64,000 nt of DNA, from assembly GCA_031414535.1 (NCBI GenBank), contig JANNVQ010000010.1, positions 18,749 to 82,748 of the forward strand, in the 5' to 3' direction. Origin of the DNA: Gemmatimonas sp. (GTDB lineage: Bacteria; Gemmatimonadota; Gemmatimonadetes; Gemmatimonadales; Gemmatimonadaceae). A program made the translations under genes and the position numbers. Each line of letters starts with the position of its first letter. Position 1 is the first letter of the stretch. The notes beneath the pieces were generated by a model. The model worked only from the letters and a program-made list of their open reading frames with translations, ran no database searches and was not told the DNA's origin. Of the stretch, positions 1-9,527 are shown piece by piece.

Positions 1-461
1 TCGTGCTGCAGAGCGCGCTGCGCCGCACGCTCGACGATGTGGAGTGGAGCATCGCGCAGCAGTGCCGCGTGCGCATCTGCAAGGGCGCGTATCTCGAGCC
101 AGCCGCGGTGGCCTTTCCCGAGAAGAAGGATGTGGATGCCACCTACGTGATGGCCATGCACCGCCTGATGGAGCGCGGTCGCTACGTTGGCATCGCCACG
201 CACGACGAGGTGATTATCGCCGACGCGGTGCGCTTCGCTAAGGAGAAGGGCATTGCCGCCGATCGCTTTGAGTTCCAGATGCTTTACGGCGTGCGTCGCG
301 ACCTTCAAGAGAAGCTGGTGAAGGACGGCTGGCGTGTGCGTTGCTACGTGCCGTTTGGAACGCAGTGGTATCCCTACTTGATGCGCCGCCTTGCGGAGCG
401 TCCGGCCAATCTCGCCTTCATCACGGGTAACGTGGTGAAGGAAATGATGAAGGGCCGCTGA
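1..461 (+). CDS. Proline dehydrogenase (monofunctional PRODH), 5' part outside the window
   Basis: RICKGAY, IATHD, FEFQMLYG and YLMRRLAERP motifs of the PRODH barrel. Confidence 0.9.
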   Translation, partial: VLQSALRRTLDDVEWSIAQQCRVRICKGAYLEPAAVAFPEKKDVDATYVMAMHRLMERGRYVGIATHDEVIIADAVRFAKEKGIAADRFEFQMLYGVRRDLQEKLVKDGWRVRCYVPFGTQWYPYLMRRLAERPANLAFITGNVVKEMMKGR

Positions 462-480
462 TGCCGATGGCGGGTCGCCG

Positions 481-864
481 ATGAGTCGTTTTCTCCCCGC
501 GGACTACAGCAAGGGCGACGACACGACCGTCGGTGGCTATGAAGCGGTGCACGCGCGCCCTCCCGCGCTCGATGCTGCCGATGGCCTTCCCTACAGCATC
601 GCCCGCCTCGCCGACTCGCTCGGCGATGATCCGCGCGGCAGCTACGGCGCGTATTTGTTGTTCCTGCGCTGGCGTCGCATCGGCGAAGAGGGCGTGGAAG
701 GGCACGTGGAGACGGAGTATTTGGAGTTCGCAGACTCTAGAGAGGCCGCGCTCGAGAAGCTCGGCGCATGGCCGCTGACGCGCGCTCAGGAGCTCTTGAG
801 CGGTGAACTCGCCCTGCAGTCGCCGCCTGTGAGCGACTGGGACGACGAGGATGACGACGCGTGA
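481..864 (+). CDS. Hypothetical protein with acidic C-terminus
   Basis: Compact ORF in operon position; its stop overlaps the next start (GTGA). Confidence 0.7.
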   Translation: MSRFLPADYSKGDDTTVGGYEAVHARPPALDAADGLPYSIARLADSLGDDPRGSYGAYLLFLRWRRIGEEGVEGHVETEYLEFADSREAALEKLGAWPLTRAQELLSGELALQSPPVSDWDDEDDDA

Positions 865-1805
865 GCACTCGAGACGGTATCGTCATTGAGGGCACCGGCG
901 GCGTGTGGGTGGTTCGCACGCAGGGCCAACAGGGAGTTGAGCAAGTGTCGGCCGCGCTCGCGGGCCGGCTCAAGCAAGAAGAGCGGGACTTCGTGAAGCT
1001 CGCGCCTGGTGATCACGTCACGATGGAGCCCGATGAGCGCGCCGAGCATTGGCGCATCACCAGCATCGCGCCGCGTCGTAGCGTCCTCGCGCGTCGCGAG
1101 CCCGGTGGCCGTCGCGGCGAGCGAGTGCTGGCCGCCAATGTGGATCAGGCCTGCGTGGTGTTTTCGGTGGCCAGCCCCGAGCCGCACCCGCGGATGATTG
1201 ATCGCTTTCTCGTGGTCTGCGAGGCCAATGAGCTCGAGGCGCACGTGATCTTTAACAAAATTGACCTCGCGCATAACGCCGACGTGCTCGCGTCTTTGGT
1301 GTCGCCGTATCAGAAGGCCGGATACCCCGTGCATTGCACGAGCGTGAAGCAAGACGTCGGGCTCGATGAGTTGCGCAGCGTCTTGCAGGGCAAGGTGACC
1401 GCCGTGACCGGCCCCAGCGGAGTAGGGAAGTCCTCGCTCCTCAACACCCTGCATCCGGGCCTCGATCTCCGTACCGCCGAGATCTCGCAGAGCGTGAATA
1501 AGGGTCGTCACACCACCGTCGGCTCCAAGCTCATTCCGTTACCGGGCGACGCGAACGGCTACTTGGTAGACACACCCGGCCTGCGCGAGATCGGTATGTG
1601 GGGCCTACCATCCGAATCGCTTGACCAGTGCTTCCCCGAGTTCAGGCCTTACTTGGGCGAGTGCAAGTTCCAAGACTGCGATCACGAGGTGGAGCCCGCC
1701 TGCGCCATTCGAAAGGCGGTGTCGGCGGGAATCGTGGATGCCGGCCGGTATGACAGCTACATCAAACTCTTGGGGGAACTCCGCGTCTCCGAGAAGGTAC
1801 GTTAG
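861..1805 (+). CDS. rsgA: Ribosome small subunit-dependent GTPase A
   Basis: Circularly permuted GTPase: NKID, GPSGVGKSS, GRHTT, DTPG; C-terminal CKFQDCDH..EPAC Zn site. Confidence 0.95.
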   Translation: MSTRDGIVIEGTGGVWVVRTQGQQGVEQVSAALAGRLKQEERDFVKLAPGDHVTMEPDERAEHWRITSIAPRRSVLARREPGGRRGERVLAANVDQACVVFSVASPEPHPRMIDRFLVVCEANELEAHVIFNKIDLAHNADVLASLVSPYQKAGYPVHCTSVKQDVGLDELRSVLQGKVTAVTGPSGVGKSSLLNTLHPGLDLRTAEISQSVNKGRHTTVGSKLIPLPGDANGYLVDTPGLREIGMWGLPSESLDQCFPEFRPYLGECKFQDCDHEVEPACAIRKAVSAGIVDAGRYDSYIKLLGELRVSEKVR

Positions 1806-1829
1806 TCCGTCCCCAACTCTGGAAGCTTG

Positions 1830-2732
1830 ATGTTTCGCTTGTTGTTGTTGGCAGTTGCGCTGTTGCATCCGTCATCCGTCATCCGTCCCCAATCCGCTGC
1901 CGGCGCTGGCTCCAGAGATTTCGAAACCGGCCGCGCCCACATTCGCGCCGGAAACGCAGACCGCGCCGAACGCAGCTTCGAGCGCGCCATCGACAAGGAA
2001 CCGCGGAACGGGCTCTACCACCTTTGGCTCGGCAACGCGGTGGGCATGCAGGCGTCAACCGCGAGCGTGCTGCGGCAGCCGTTCATGGCGCGGCGCATCA
2101 AGGCCGAGTTCGAGCGGGCGGTGCAGCTAGACCCCGAGCTGCTCGACGCGCGCGATGGACTCATCACCTTCTATTTGGTGGCCCCCGCCGTGATGGGCGG
2201 GGACGTCGGCAAGGCGCGCGAACAGCAACGCGAGATTGCCCGTCGCAACGTGGTGCGCGGGCACATTGCCGCTGCCAGCATCGCCTGGCACGGGCGCGAC
2301 ACCGTGGCCACCGAGCGTTCACTGCGCGCCGCATCCACCGCGGCGCCTGACTCGCTTGCACCGGCGGCTGCACTGGCCGGGCGACTACTCAACTGGAAGC
2401 GCAACACCGACGCCTTCGGTGTGTGGGATGCCTATCTCGCTCGCCAGCCGCAGAGCGTTGCCGGGCGGTATCAGTTCGCCCGTGTCGCCGCCGTCACTGG
2501 GGAGCGCGTTCAAGACGGCGAACGGCACCTACGCGCCATTCTCGCCATCGAGGAGTGGCCAGAGAACAACTGGACGCCAGGCAAGGCCGCGGCCTACGCG
2601 CGGCTCGGCGATATCCTTCGCCATCAACGCCGCCGCGACGAATCACGCGCCGCCTACGAACGCGCCCTCGCGCTTGATGCCAACTTGCAGATTGCGAAGG
2701 ACGGACTGAAGGCGCTGGGCTCCAGTAACTGA
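1830..2732 (+). CDS. Secreted tetratricopeptide-repeat protein
   Basis: Hydrophobic N-terminus; TPR-like helices (FERAVQLDP, AYERALALD). Confidence 0.75.
   Translation: MFRLLLLAVALLHPSSVIRPQSAAGAGSRDFETGRAHIRAGNADRAERSFERAIDKEPRNGLYHLWLGNAVGMQASTASVLRQPFMARRIKAEFERAVQLDPELLDARDGLITFYLVAPAVMGGDVGKAREQQREIARRNVVRGHIAAASIAWHGRDTVATERSLRAASTAAPDSLAPAAALAGRLLNWKRNTDAFGVWDAYLARQPQSVAGRYQFARVAAVTGERVQDGERHLRAILAIEEWPENNWTPGKAAAYARLGDILRHQRRRDESRAAYERALALDANLQIAKDGLKALGSSN
1850..1888. repeat. GACGGAW-heptamer element, half copy inside a CDS
   Basis: (CATCCGT)3CC at 1866-1888; reverse complement of 1850-1888 matches 22172-22210 at 34/39. Confidence 0.85.
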
Positions 2733-2749
2733 GAGCCCAAACGCCAAGC

Positions 2750-3385
2750 TCAGGGGCTCAAGCGCTCAATCACCCACGCCGCACCCTTCGGCACGTAGCG
2801 CAGCCGATCGTGCAAACGGCTCTGCCGCCCCTGCCAGAACTCGTAGGACTCCGGCGCAATGCGAAACCCGCCCCAGTGCGGTGGCAGCGGAATGTCCTCG
2901 CCCGGAAACTTGGCATCCAACTCCGCGTGCTTGTGCTCCAATTCAGTGCGACTCGCAATCACCGAACTTTGTGCTGAGGCCCAAGCCCCGAGCCGACTGC
3001 CCCGCGGACGCTGCACGTAGTACGCCTCAGATTCCGCCGCACTGATCTTCTCAATCGGCCCGCGCAGCCGCACCTGACGCTCCAGCGCCCCCCACCAGAA
3101 GCAGAGCGCCCCGCGCGCATTCCCCGCAAGCTCAACCCCCTTCACCGACCGGTAGTCGGTGAAGAATACGAAGCCCTTCTCATTCGCTTCCTTCAGGAGC
3201 ACCATCCGCACATTCGGCGCCCCATCGGCATCGGATGTCGCCAACGCCATCGCATTCGGCTCATGCACCTTGGCCTTCTGGGCATCGTCGAACCACCGAC
3301 GGAACTGGTCTAACGGGTCGGCCGCCACGTCGCCGAGGTCCAGGCTGGCGTGGCGGTAGTCTTCGCGAAGGTGTGCAATATCCAT
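2750..3385 (-). CDS. pdxH: Pyridoxine/pyridoxamine 5'-phosphate oxidase
   Basis: RMVLLK, RQVR, PPHWGG, EFWQGRQSRLHDR; start placed at MDIAHLREDY. Confidence 0.95.
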   Translation of the reverse strand: MDIAHLREDYRHASLDLGDVAADPLDQFRRWFDDAQKAKVHEPNAMALATSDADGAPNVRMVLLKEANEKGFVFFTDYRSVKGVELAGNARGALCFWWGALERQVRLRGPIEKISAAESEAYYVQRPRGSRLGAWASAQSSVIASRTELEHKHAELDAKFPGEDIPLPPHWGGFRIAPESYEFWQGRQSRLHDRLRYVPKGAAWVIERLSP

Positions 3386-3396
3386 GACTAAATAAG

Positions 3397-3580
3397 AGGA
3401 GCGAGGAGCGAAAAGCGAAAGTGAAAAGCGAAGTACGGAATAACCAGGTCCAGAAGGCTCCAAGGCACGAAGTACAAGAGTAAAGCTGTCTCCTCAACCC
3501 CTCCCCCTCAACCCTTCGTCCCTTCACCCCTCGCTCTTCACTACTTCGCTTTTCTCTTTCGCTCTTCGCTCCTCGCTCTT
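3397..3580. repeat. Long inverted repeat of GARRAGC-type heptamers
   Basis: Arms 3397-3435 and 3542-3580 match at 36/39 as reverse complements; pyrimidine-rich period-7 tract in the spacer. Confidence 0.85.
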
Positions 3581-3590
3581 GATTGGAGGG

Positions 3591-3614
3591 GGAACCTATG
3601 GCCCAATCCCCGTA
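3591..3614 (+). promoter_or_regulatory. Candidate ECF sigma promoter GGAAC-N15-CGTA
   Basis: Lies just upstream of an ECF sigma gene; same pattern at 29816-29839. Confidence 0.4.
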
Positions 3615-3630
3615 TACGTGCGACATTCCC

Positions 3631-4233
3631 ATGATGACCGAAGAGCTCGCCCCCGCGTCGGCCGAACATGAGGCATTCAGCGCGCTTGCGCTGACCGCCC
3701 TCGACGACGTCTATCGCTTTGCCCGTTCGCTCACGCGCGACGAGGCGGATGCCGAGGACGTGGTGCAGGAAGCTTATCTGCGTGCGTTCCGGAGCTGGCA
3801 CACGTTCCAGCCTGGCACGGACGTGCGGCGTTGGCTCTTCACCATCGCTCGGAATGTTTTTCTCCGCTCCCGCGAACGCGGACAGCGCGAGGTCACACTT
3901 GATGACGATGGCGCCGAGGCCGTGGATGCCGCGCAGGCAAAGGAAGGATGGATCCGCCGCGGGCTCGACCCGCTGCTGGCCCGCACCGACCTTGCGCCGG
4001 CCATCCAGCAGGCGTTGGACGAGATTCCTGAAGTCTTCCGCTCTGCGGTCGTACTCGTGGATCTCGAGGACCAGTCCTACGAAGATGCCGCCGAGTTGCT
4101 TGGCATCCCCGTCGGTACGGTCCGCTCCCGCCTGTTCCGTGGACGAAAGCTTCTGCAGGAGAAGCTCATCATTCACGCGCAGGATCTCGGACTGGTCCCC
4201 ACACCCGGCTCAGACGGGAGCAGCGACGAATGA
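3631..4233 (+). CDS. ECF sigma-70 factor (SigH/SigR-like); start could be 3598
   Basis: DAEDVVQEAYLRA, WLFTIARN, SYEDAAELLGIPVGTVRSRLFRGR. Confidence 0.92.
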   Translation: MMTEELAPASAEHEAFSALALTALDDVYRFARSLTRDEADAEDVVQEAYLRAFRSWHTFQPGTDVRRWLFTIARNVFLRSRERGQREVTLDDDGAEAVDAAQAKEGWIRRGLDPLLARTDLAPAIQQALDEIPEVFRSAVVLVDLEDQSYEDAAELLGIPVGTVRSRLFRGRKLLQEKLIIHAQDLGLVPTPGSDGSSDE

Positions 4234-4508
4234 CGAAACCCCATACGCACGACGATGGCGCGCCGATCAAAGATTGTCGCGGCGCGATGAACAAATTGTT
4301 CGACTTGCTCGATGGCGAACTGACGCCGGAACGCGCCAAGGAAGTGCGGTCGCACATCACGTCCTGCCCTGACTGCTTCACGCACTCTGATTTCGAGCAG
4401 CGCTTCATTGCCGCCGTGAAGGAAGCCAAGCCACAGCTCTGTGCGTCGAGCGCGCTGAAGGAGAAGTTGATGAGCGCGCTGCGCGCCGCTGGTCTCACCG
4501 CACGCTGA
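4230..4508 (+). CDS. Zinc-binding anti-sigma factor (zf-HC2/ZAS)
   Basis: C..LLDGEL..HITSCPDC (HxxxCxxC); ATGA overlap with the sigma gene. Confidence 0.9.
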   Translation: MTKPHTHDDGAPIKDCRGAMNKLFDLLDGELTPERAKEVRSHITSCPDCFTHSDFEQRFIAAVKEAKPQLCASSALKEKLMSALRAAGLTAR

Positions 4509-4529
4509 ATCCTGCAGTCGCGCACCGAC

Positions 4530-5066
4530 GTGCCAGACCATCCGCCGACACCTGAAGGCACCGCCGCGCATCGCGCTGAGTCGAGCGCGCTAGGCGCACT
4601 TCACTGTGGCGTCCTCACCGTCAGCGATTCCCGCAGCGCCGCCACCGACGAATCGGGACCGCTCGCCCGCCGCCTCCTAGAGGCCGCCGGCCATCACATC
4701 ACCATTCACGACCTGCTGCCCAACAACGAGCCCCGCGTACGCGCCCTCGTCGAGGCTTGGCTCGGCCGCGGAGATCTGCACGCCATCATCATCACCGGTG
4801 GCACTGGGCTCGGCAGCAAGGACCGCACGGTGGAAGCCGTCACGCCCTTGTTTGAGAAGGAGATTCCCGGCTTCGGTGAGCTGTTTCGCTACTTGAGCTT
4901 CGCCGAACAGATTGGGACGACGGCCATTCTCTCGCGCGCCGTGGCGGGTAGCGCGAAGGGCGCGGTGGTGGTGTCGCTCCCTGGCTCGAAGGCTGCGGTG
5001 GAGCTGGGTTTGAGTCGAGTGCTGATTCCAGAGCTACGCCACCTACTGCGTGAGATCAGGCGCTGA
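4530..5066 (+). CDS. moaB: MoaB/MogA family molybdenum cofactor biosynthesis protein
   Basis: LTVSDSR, DESG, TGGTG, GFGELFR, SRAVAG, LPGS. Confidence 0.88.
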   Translation: MPDHPPTPEGTAAHRAESSALGALHCGVLTVSDSRSAATDESGPLARRLLEAAGHHITIHDLLPNNEPRVRALVEAWLGRGDLHAIIITGGTGLGSKDRTVEAVTPLFEKEIPGFGELFRYLSFAEQIGTTAILSRAVAGSAKGAVVVSLPGSKAAVELGLSRVLIPELRHLLREIRR

Positions 5067-5071
5067 GCACT

Positions 5072-5094
5072 GGACGGATGACGGATGACGGATG
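5072..5094. repeat. GACGGAW-heptamer element, half copy
   Basis: GGACGGATGACGGATGACGGATG. Confidence 0.9.
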
Positions 5095-5112
5095 CTTGGC
5101 TAGCTTCGTGCT

Positions 5113-5904
5113 ATGAAGATTTTCTCGTGGAACGTCAACGGCATTCGCTCCGTCATCAAGAAAGGCGACTTCCAGAAGTTCATCGCCGCGCACAAGCCTG
5201 ATATCCTTTGCCTGCAGGAAACCAAGGCCGAACGAGAGCAGGTGCAGGTGGATCTCCCCGACTACCACGAGTTCTGGCATTCGGCGAGCACCAAGGGCTA
5301 CTCCGGCACCGCCATCTTCTCGCGCACAAAGCCGCTGAGCGTCACCAACGGCTTCTCGAAGGCCGTGATGAAGAAGTTCAAGCTGGTGGACAGCGAAGGC
5401 CGCGACAGCGCCGACGAGGGGCGCGTGATCTCGGCGGAGTTTGCGAAGTTCTACGTGGTGAGCGTATACACGCCCAACGCCAAGGATGACTTAAGCCGTC
5501 TGCCGCTGCGCGAGAAGAGCTGGGATCCAGCCTTTCTCGCACATTGCAAAGCGCTCGAGAAGAAGAAGCCGGTCATCTTCTGCGGCGATTTGAACACGGC
5601 TCACACGGAACTCGACCTCGCGAATCCCAAGACCAACGTCGGCAACAAGGGATTCACGACGGAAGAGCGCGCGGGATTCCAGGCATTTCTCGACGCCGGC
5701 TTCGTGGACAGCTTCCGCCTCTTTACGGAAGGCAATGGTCACTACTCCTGGTGGAGCCAGCGTAGCAACTGCCGCGCGCGGAACATCGGCTGGAGAATCG
5801 ACTACCTGCTCGTCTCAAAGGCGCTGGCCAAGAAGGTGAAGGCCGCTGAAATCCACGCCGACGTCATGGGCAGCGATCACTGCCCGGTCAGCATCACGCT
5901 TTAG
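5113..5904 (+). CDS. xth: Exodeoxyribonuclease III / AP endonuclease
   Basis: SWNVNG, LQETK, GDLN, GWRIDY, SDHCP. Confidence 0.95.
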   Translation: MKIFSWNVNGIRSVIKKGDFQKFIAAHKPDILCLQETKAEREQVQVDLPDYHEFWHSASTKGYSGTAIFSRTKPLSVTNGFSKAVMKKFKLVDSEGRDSADEGRVISAEFAKFYVVSVYTPNAKDDLSRLPLREKSWDPAFLAHCKALEKKKPVIFCGDLNTAHTELDLANPKTNVGNKGFTTEERAGFQAFLDAGFVDSFRLFTEGNGHYSWWSQRSNCRARNIGWRIDYLLVSKALAKKVKAAEIHADVMGSDHCPVSITL

Positions 5905-5961
5905 CGAAGGGCCGTAACCAACGGGTTGCCGGTTGACGACGCGCACGGACAACTTGTGCCG

Positions 5962-6633
5962 ATGCAACAGATCGTAATTTCGTGGAGCGGCGGCAAAGAT
6001 GCCGCGTGGGTCCTGCACACGCTCCGCCAGCGTGAGGATATGGAAGTCGTCGCTCTCCTTAGCATGGTAGTTGAAGGCGATGAGCGCGTTTCGATGCAGG
6101 GCATCACGCTGCCGGTGCTACGCGCCCAAGCCGAGGCGGTGGGGCTGCCAGTCCTCGAGGCGCGGATGCCCCATCGTGCGAGCAATGAGGTCTATGAACA
6201 ATCGTTTGTGGCGGGCCTCGCGGAGGTGCGACGCCGATGGCCAGACTGCGCCAGCATCGCATTCGGCGACCTGTTTCTTGAGGAGATTCGCGCGTACCGC
6301 GAGGCGCTGTGCGCGCGACACGGATTCACGCCCATGTTTCCACTCTTCGGCTCAGACACGGCGCAGCTGGCACGGGCGATGATTGCCGGTGGGCTGGAGG
6401 CGCACCTGTGCTGCGTTGATACCCAGCAGCTACACGCGCGCTTTGCCGGACGGGCGCTCAGTCACGCGTTCCTCGACGAGTTGCCGGCCGCGGTAGATCC
6501 CTGCGGTGAACAAGGGGAGTTCCACACCTGTGTGGTTGGCGGGCCGATGTTTGCGCGGGCGCTGCGGGTGCGGAGTGGGGCGCACGTGTTGCGCGAGGAG
6601 CGATTCCTGTATGTGGACTACGAGCTCTACTAG
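5962..6633 (+). CDS. PP-loop ATPase (Dph6/DUF71-like adenine nucleotide alpha hydrolase)
   Basis: SWSGGKD, FGDLFLE, DPCGEQGEFHT. Confidence 0.85.
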   Translation: MQQIVISWSGGKDAAWVLHTLRQREDMEVVALLSMVVEGDERVSMQGITLPVLRAQAEAVGLPVLEARMPHRASNEVYEQSFVAGLAEVRRRWPDCASIAFGDLFLEEIRAYREALCARHGFTPMFPLFGSDTAQLARAMIAGGLEAHLCCVDTQQLHARFAGRALSHAFLDELPAAVDPCGEQGEFHTCVVGGPMFARALRVRSGAHVLREERFLYVDYELY

Positions 6634-6736
6634 TGAAAATCAGCCGCACGAGTGCATCGCGTTCCGCAAGCGCTTGACAAAGACTTAGACGCCAACGAAG
6701 TTCTCTCCGTTCGCTCGTGAGAGCAGACAAGACATA

Positions 6737-6905
6737 AGCGCTGGTCACTTGGCCCCAAAGCCAAGTGCGAACAGGGAACCCGGTGTGATTCCGGGGCGGC
6801 CCCGCCGCTGTGAGGGAGGACGACGGAGCATCCGGCCACTGCGCTGCAAAGCGTGGGAAGGCGGCTCCCGAGGACGATTCCCGAGCCAGAAGACCTGCCA
6901 ACGCT
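6737..6905 (+). ncRNA. Cobalamin (B12) riboswitch
   Basis: AGGGAA-CCCGGTG-..-TTCCGGG, CCCGCCGCTGT, GCCACTG..GGGAAGG, B12 box GAGCCAGAAGACCTGCC; closing helix AGCGCTGG/CCAACGCT. Confidence 0.93.
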
Positions 6906-7106
6906 ACGGAGTCCGAGCGCACCCTCGAGGGAGGGATCGCCGGGGCGAGTCGTGGGCGTCTTTGGGCGTCCATTGGCCACGTGGCTCCTTGCGTTCATTC
7001 GCGGGGAGCCTTCGTTGTCTCCGGCGCCATCGGTTCACACTGATGCGGGCCGGAGGTCTTTGCCTCGGGGGTGCGTGCTGTTCAGTCCCCCACCGGAGCA
7101 ATGCGC

Positions 7107-9527
7107 ATGGCTACGCTCGTTCAACCCGTCTCGTCCCTGTCGTCGCGCGACGTCGACCTCTTCCTCACGCCGCTCATCGAGGTCGTCAAGCGCGACGGGC
7201 GACGCGCAACCTGGGACCCCGCGCGCATCACACGCGCGATTGCGCTGGCCTTCTATGCGGAGCGGCACGCGGATGCCGACAATGCGAAGGCGGACGATGC
7301 CACTGCGCGCTACGGGCTCGGTGTTGCCGACTATGCCGAAGTGCTGGCCATCACGGATCTCGTCGTCAACACCATCGCCCGTAAGTTCGACGACGCGGCG
7401 CCAACCGTGGAGCAGATCCAGGATACCGTCGAAACGATGATTGCCGCACGTGGGCACTGGACCATCGCCAAGCACTATGTGTTGTATCGCGCGACGCGCG
7501 CGCGCGAACGCTTGGCCAGTCACGGAGAAAATGGGTTGCAGGACTACATCTTTCTCTCGCGCTACTCGCGCTGGCGGTCCGACCTCGGGCGCCGCGAGTC
7601 GCCGGCGGAAGCGTTCACGCGCGTGATGGATATGCATCGCGCACGCTTCGCGGACCGCTTGGACGCACCAGTGCGCGGTGTGGGAGACACACCGTTACGA
7701 ACCCTGCTCGACGAAACCGAGGCGGCCCTCCAGCAGCGGCGCATCCTGCCGTCGATGCGCTCGCTGCAGTTCGGCGGCAGCGCGATCGAAGCGAACAACG
7801 CGCGCATGTTCAATTGCGCCTTCACACATATGGACCGCCTCGCGGCGTTCAAGGAGGCGTTCTTTCTCCTGCTCTCTGGGACTGGCGTGGGCTTCAGCGT
7901 GCAGAAGCAACACGTCGCGAAGCTTCCAGTCTTCCCGCTGCGCGCACCCGAGGCGGAACTGCCAGTGGTGCACCACACCGTGCCCGACTCGCTCGAAGGC
8001 TGGGCGGACGCGCTCGATGTCTTGCTACGCAGCTATCTGGACGGCGCCAAGCTGGAGTTCAACTACAGCGAAATTCGACCGCGCGGCGCAGCACTCAAGA
8101 CGTCTGGTGGACGCGCGCCTGGACATCTTCCGCTCAAGAAAGCCTTGGTCGCGGTGGAGCGGATTCTCGAGCAAGTGCCTGGGCGCGCGCTGCGTCCCAT
8201 CGAAGTCTACGACATCCTGATGCACATCGCGGTCGCAGTGCTGAGCGGAGGCATTCGGCGCTCCGCTACGATCTGCCTGTTCAGCGTTGATGACGACGAG
8301 ATGGCGGCAGCGAAGACAGGCAACTGGTTTGAGACGCACCCACAGCGTGGCAAGAGCAACAACTCGGCGATCTTGGTCCGCGGCACCGCGCGCGAAGAGG
8401 ACTTCGCTCGCCTCTTTGAATATCAAAAGGAGTTTGGCGAGCCGGGCTTCTACTTCGTGGATGATGCCGACTACGGCGCGAATCCCTGCGTGGAGATTGG
8501 CTTGGCGCCGTTCCTCACGGTGGACGCGGACTCACGCGCCGCGCTGCGGCGGCACGGGGGCCCCGACGTGCCCGAAGGCACGCGACTGAGTGGGTGGCAG
8601 ATGTGTAATCTCACGACCATTAACGCCGCCGCGTGTCGCACGCCCGAGGACTTCTACGCCGCTTGCCGCGCCGCTGCACTGCTCGGCACCCTGCAGGCGT
8701 CGTATACCAACATCTCGTATCTCGGTCCGGTGACTCGCGTCATCAACGACCGTGAGGCGCTGCTTGGCGTGAGCATCTGCGGCGTGCTGGAGCGTCCCGG
8801 CATCTTCCTCGACCCGCAGACGCTCGAGCGTGGTGCGGCCACGTGCCTCGAAACGAATGCCGCTGTTGCAGCGCATATCGGGGTGGCGGCTGCGGCGCGC
8901 GTGACCTGCGTGAAGCCCGAGGGCACGGCGAGTCTCGTGCTCGGTGCGGCGTCGGGGATTCATCCCCATCATGCCCGTCACTATTTCCGCCGCGTGCAGG
9001 CGGCTCGCACTGATGCCGTGTACCAGTGGTTTAAGGCAGCCAATCCACATCTCACGGAGTCCTCGGTGTGGGATTCGGACACCACCGACGTCATCATCTT
9101 CCCCGTCGAGGCAGAACCAGACGCCGTCCTGCGCGAGGATGTCGGAGCCGTACAGTTCCTCGATTTCGTGAAGCTGGTGCAGCAGCACTGGGTCGAAGCT
9201 GGTCGTCGTCACGAGCGATTCAATCCGGGGCTGCACCACAACGTCTCCAACACCGTCACGGTGCGCGACGAAGAATGGGACGCAGTGCAGGAGTTCATCT
9301 GGAAGAACCGCCATCACTTCGCAGGCATCTCGCTGCTTCGCGAAACGGGCGACAAGGTGTACGCGCAGGCCCCGCGCGAAGCGGTAACCACGGTAGCCGA
9401 CGCTCTCCGCTGGAACGCGCTGCACTATGTGCCGGTGGACTGGGCGGCAATGCGCGAGGCGCAGGACGTCACCGCACTCGCGGATGTGATTGCCTGCGCG
9501 GGGGGCGCGTGCGAGCTCCAGATCTAG
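7107..9527 (+). CDS. nrdJ: Class II (adenosylcobalamin-type, monomeric RTPR-like) ribonucleotide reductase with N-terminal ATP-cone
   Basis: VVKRDG ATP-cone; NCAF; GIRRSA; NPCVEI; CNLT; VKPEGTAS; C-terminal CAGGAC; GGAG 8 nt before ATG 7107. Confidence 0.88.
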   Translation: MATLVQPVSSLSSRDVDLFLTPLIEVVKRDGRRATWDPARITRAIALAFYAERHADADNAKADDATARYGLGVADYAEVLAITDLVVNTIARKFDDAAPTVEQIQDTVETMIAARGHWTIAKHYVLYRATRARERLASHGENGLQDYIFLSRYSRWRSDLGRRESPAEAFTRVMDMHRARFADRLDAPVRGVGDTPLRTLLDETEAALQQRRILPSMRSLQFGGSAIEANNARMFNCAFTHMDRLAAFKEAFFLLLSGTGVGFSVQKQHVAKLPVFPLRAPEAELPVVHHTVPDSLEGWADALDVLLRSYLDGAKLEFNYSEIRPRGAALKTSGGRAPGHLPLKKALVAVERILEQVPGRALRPIEVYDILMHIAVAVLSGGIRRSATICLFSVDDDEMAAAKTGNWFETHPQRGKSNNSAILVRGTAREEDFARLFEYQKEFGEPGFYFVDDADYGANPCVEIGLAPFLTVDADSRAALRRHGGPDVPEGTRLSGWQMCNLTTINAAACRTPEDFYAACRAAALLGTLQASYTNISYLGPVTRVINDREALLGVSICGVLERPGIFLDPQTLERGAATCLETNAAVAAHIGVAAAARVTCVKPEGTASLVLGAASGIHPHHARHYFRRVQAARTDAVYQWFKAANPHLTESSVWDSDTTDVIIFPVEAEPDAVLREDVGAVQFLDFVKLVQQHWVEAGRRHERFNPGLHHNVSNTVTVRDEEWDAVQEFIWKNRHHFAGISLLRETGDKVYAQAPREAVTTVADALRWNALHYVPVDWAAMREAQDVTALADVIACAGGACELQI

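Noticed and set aside
6674..6740. NrdR boxes upstream of the riboswitch
   Set aside because: Only weak resemblance (GACAAGACATAAGCG); not supportable by eye.
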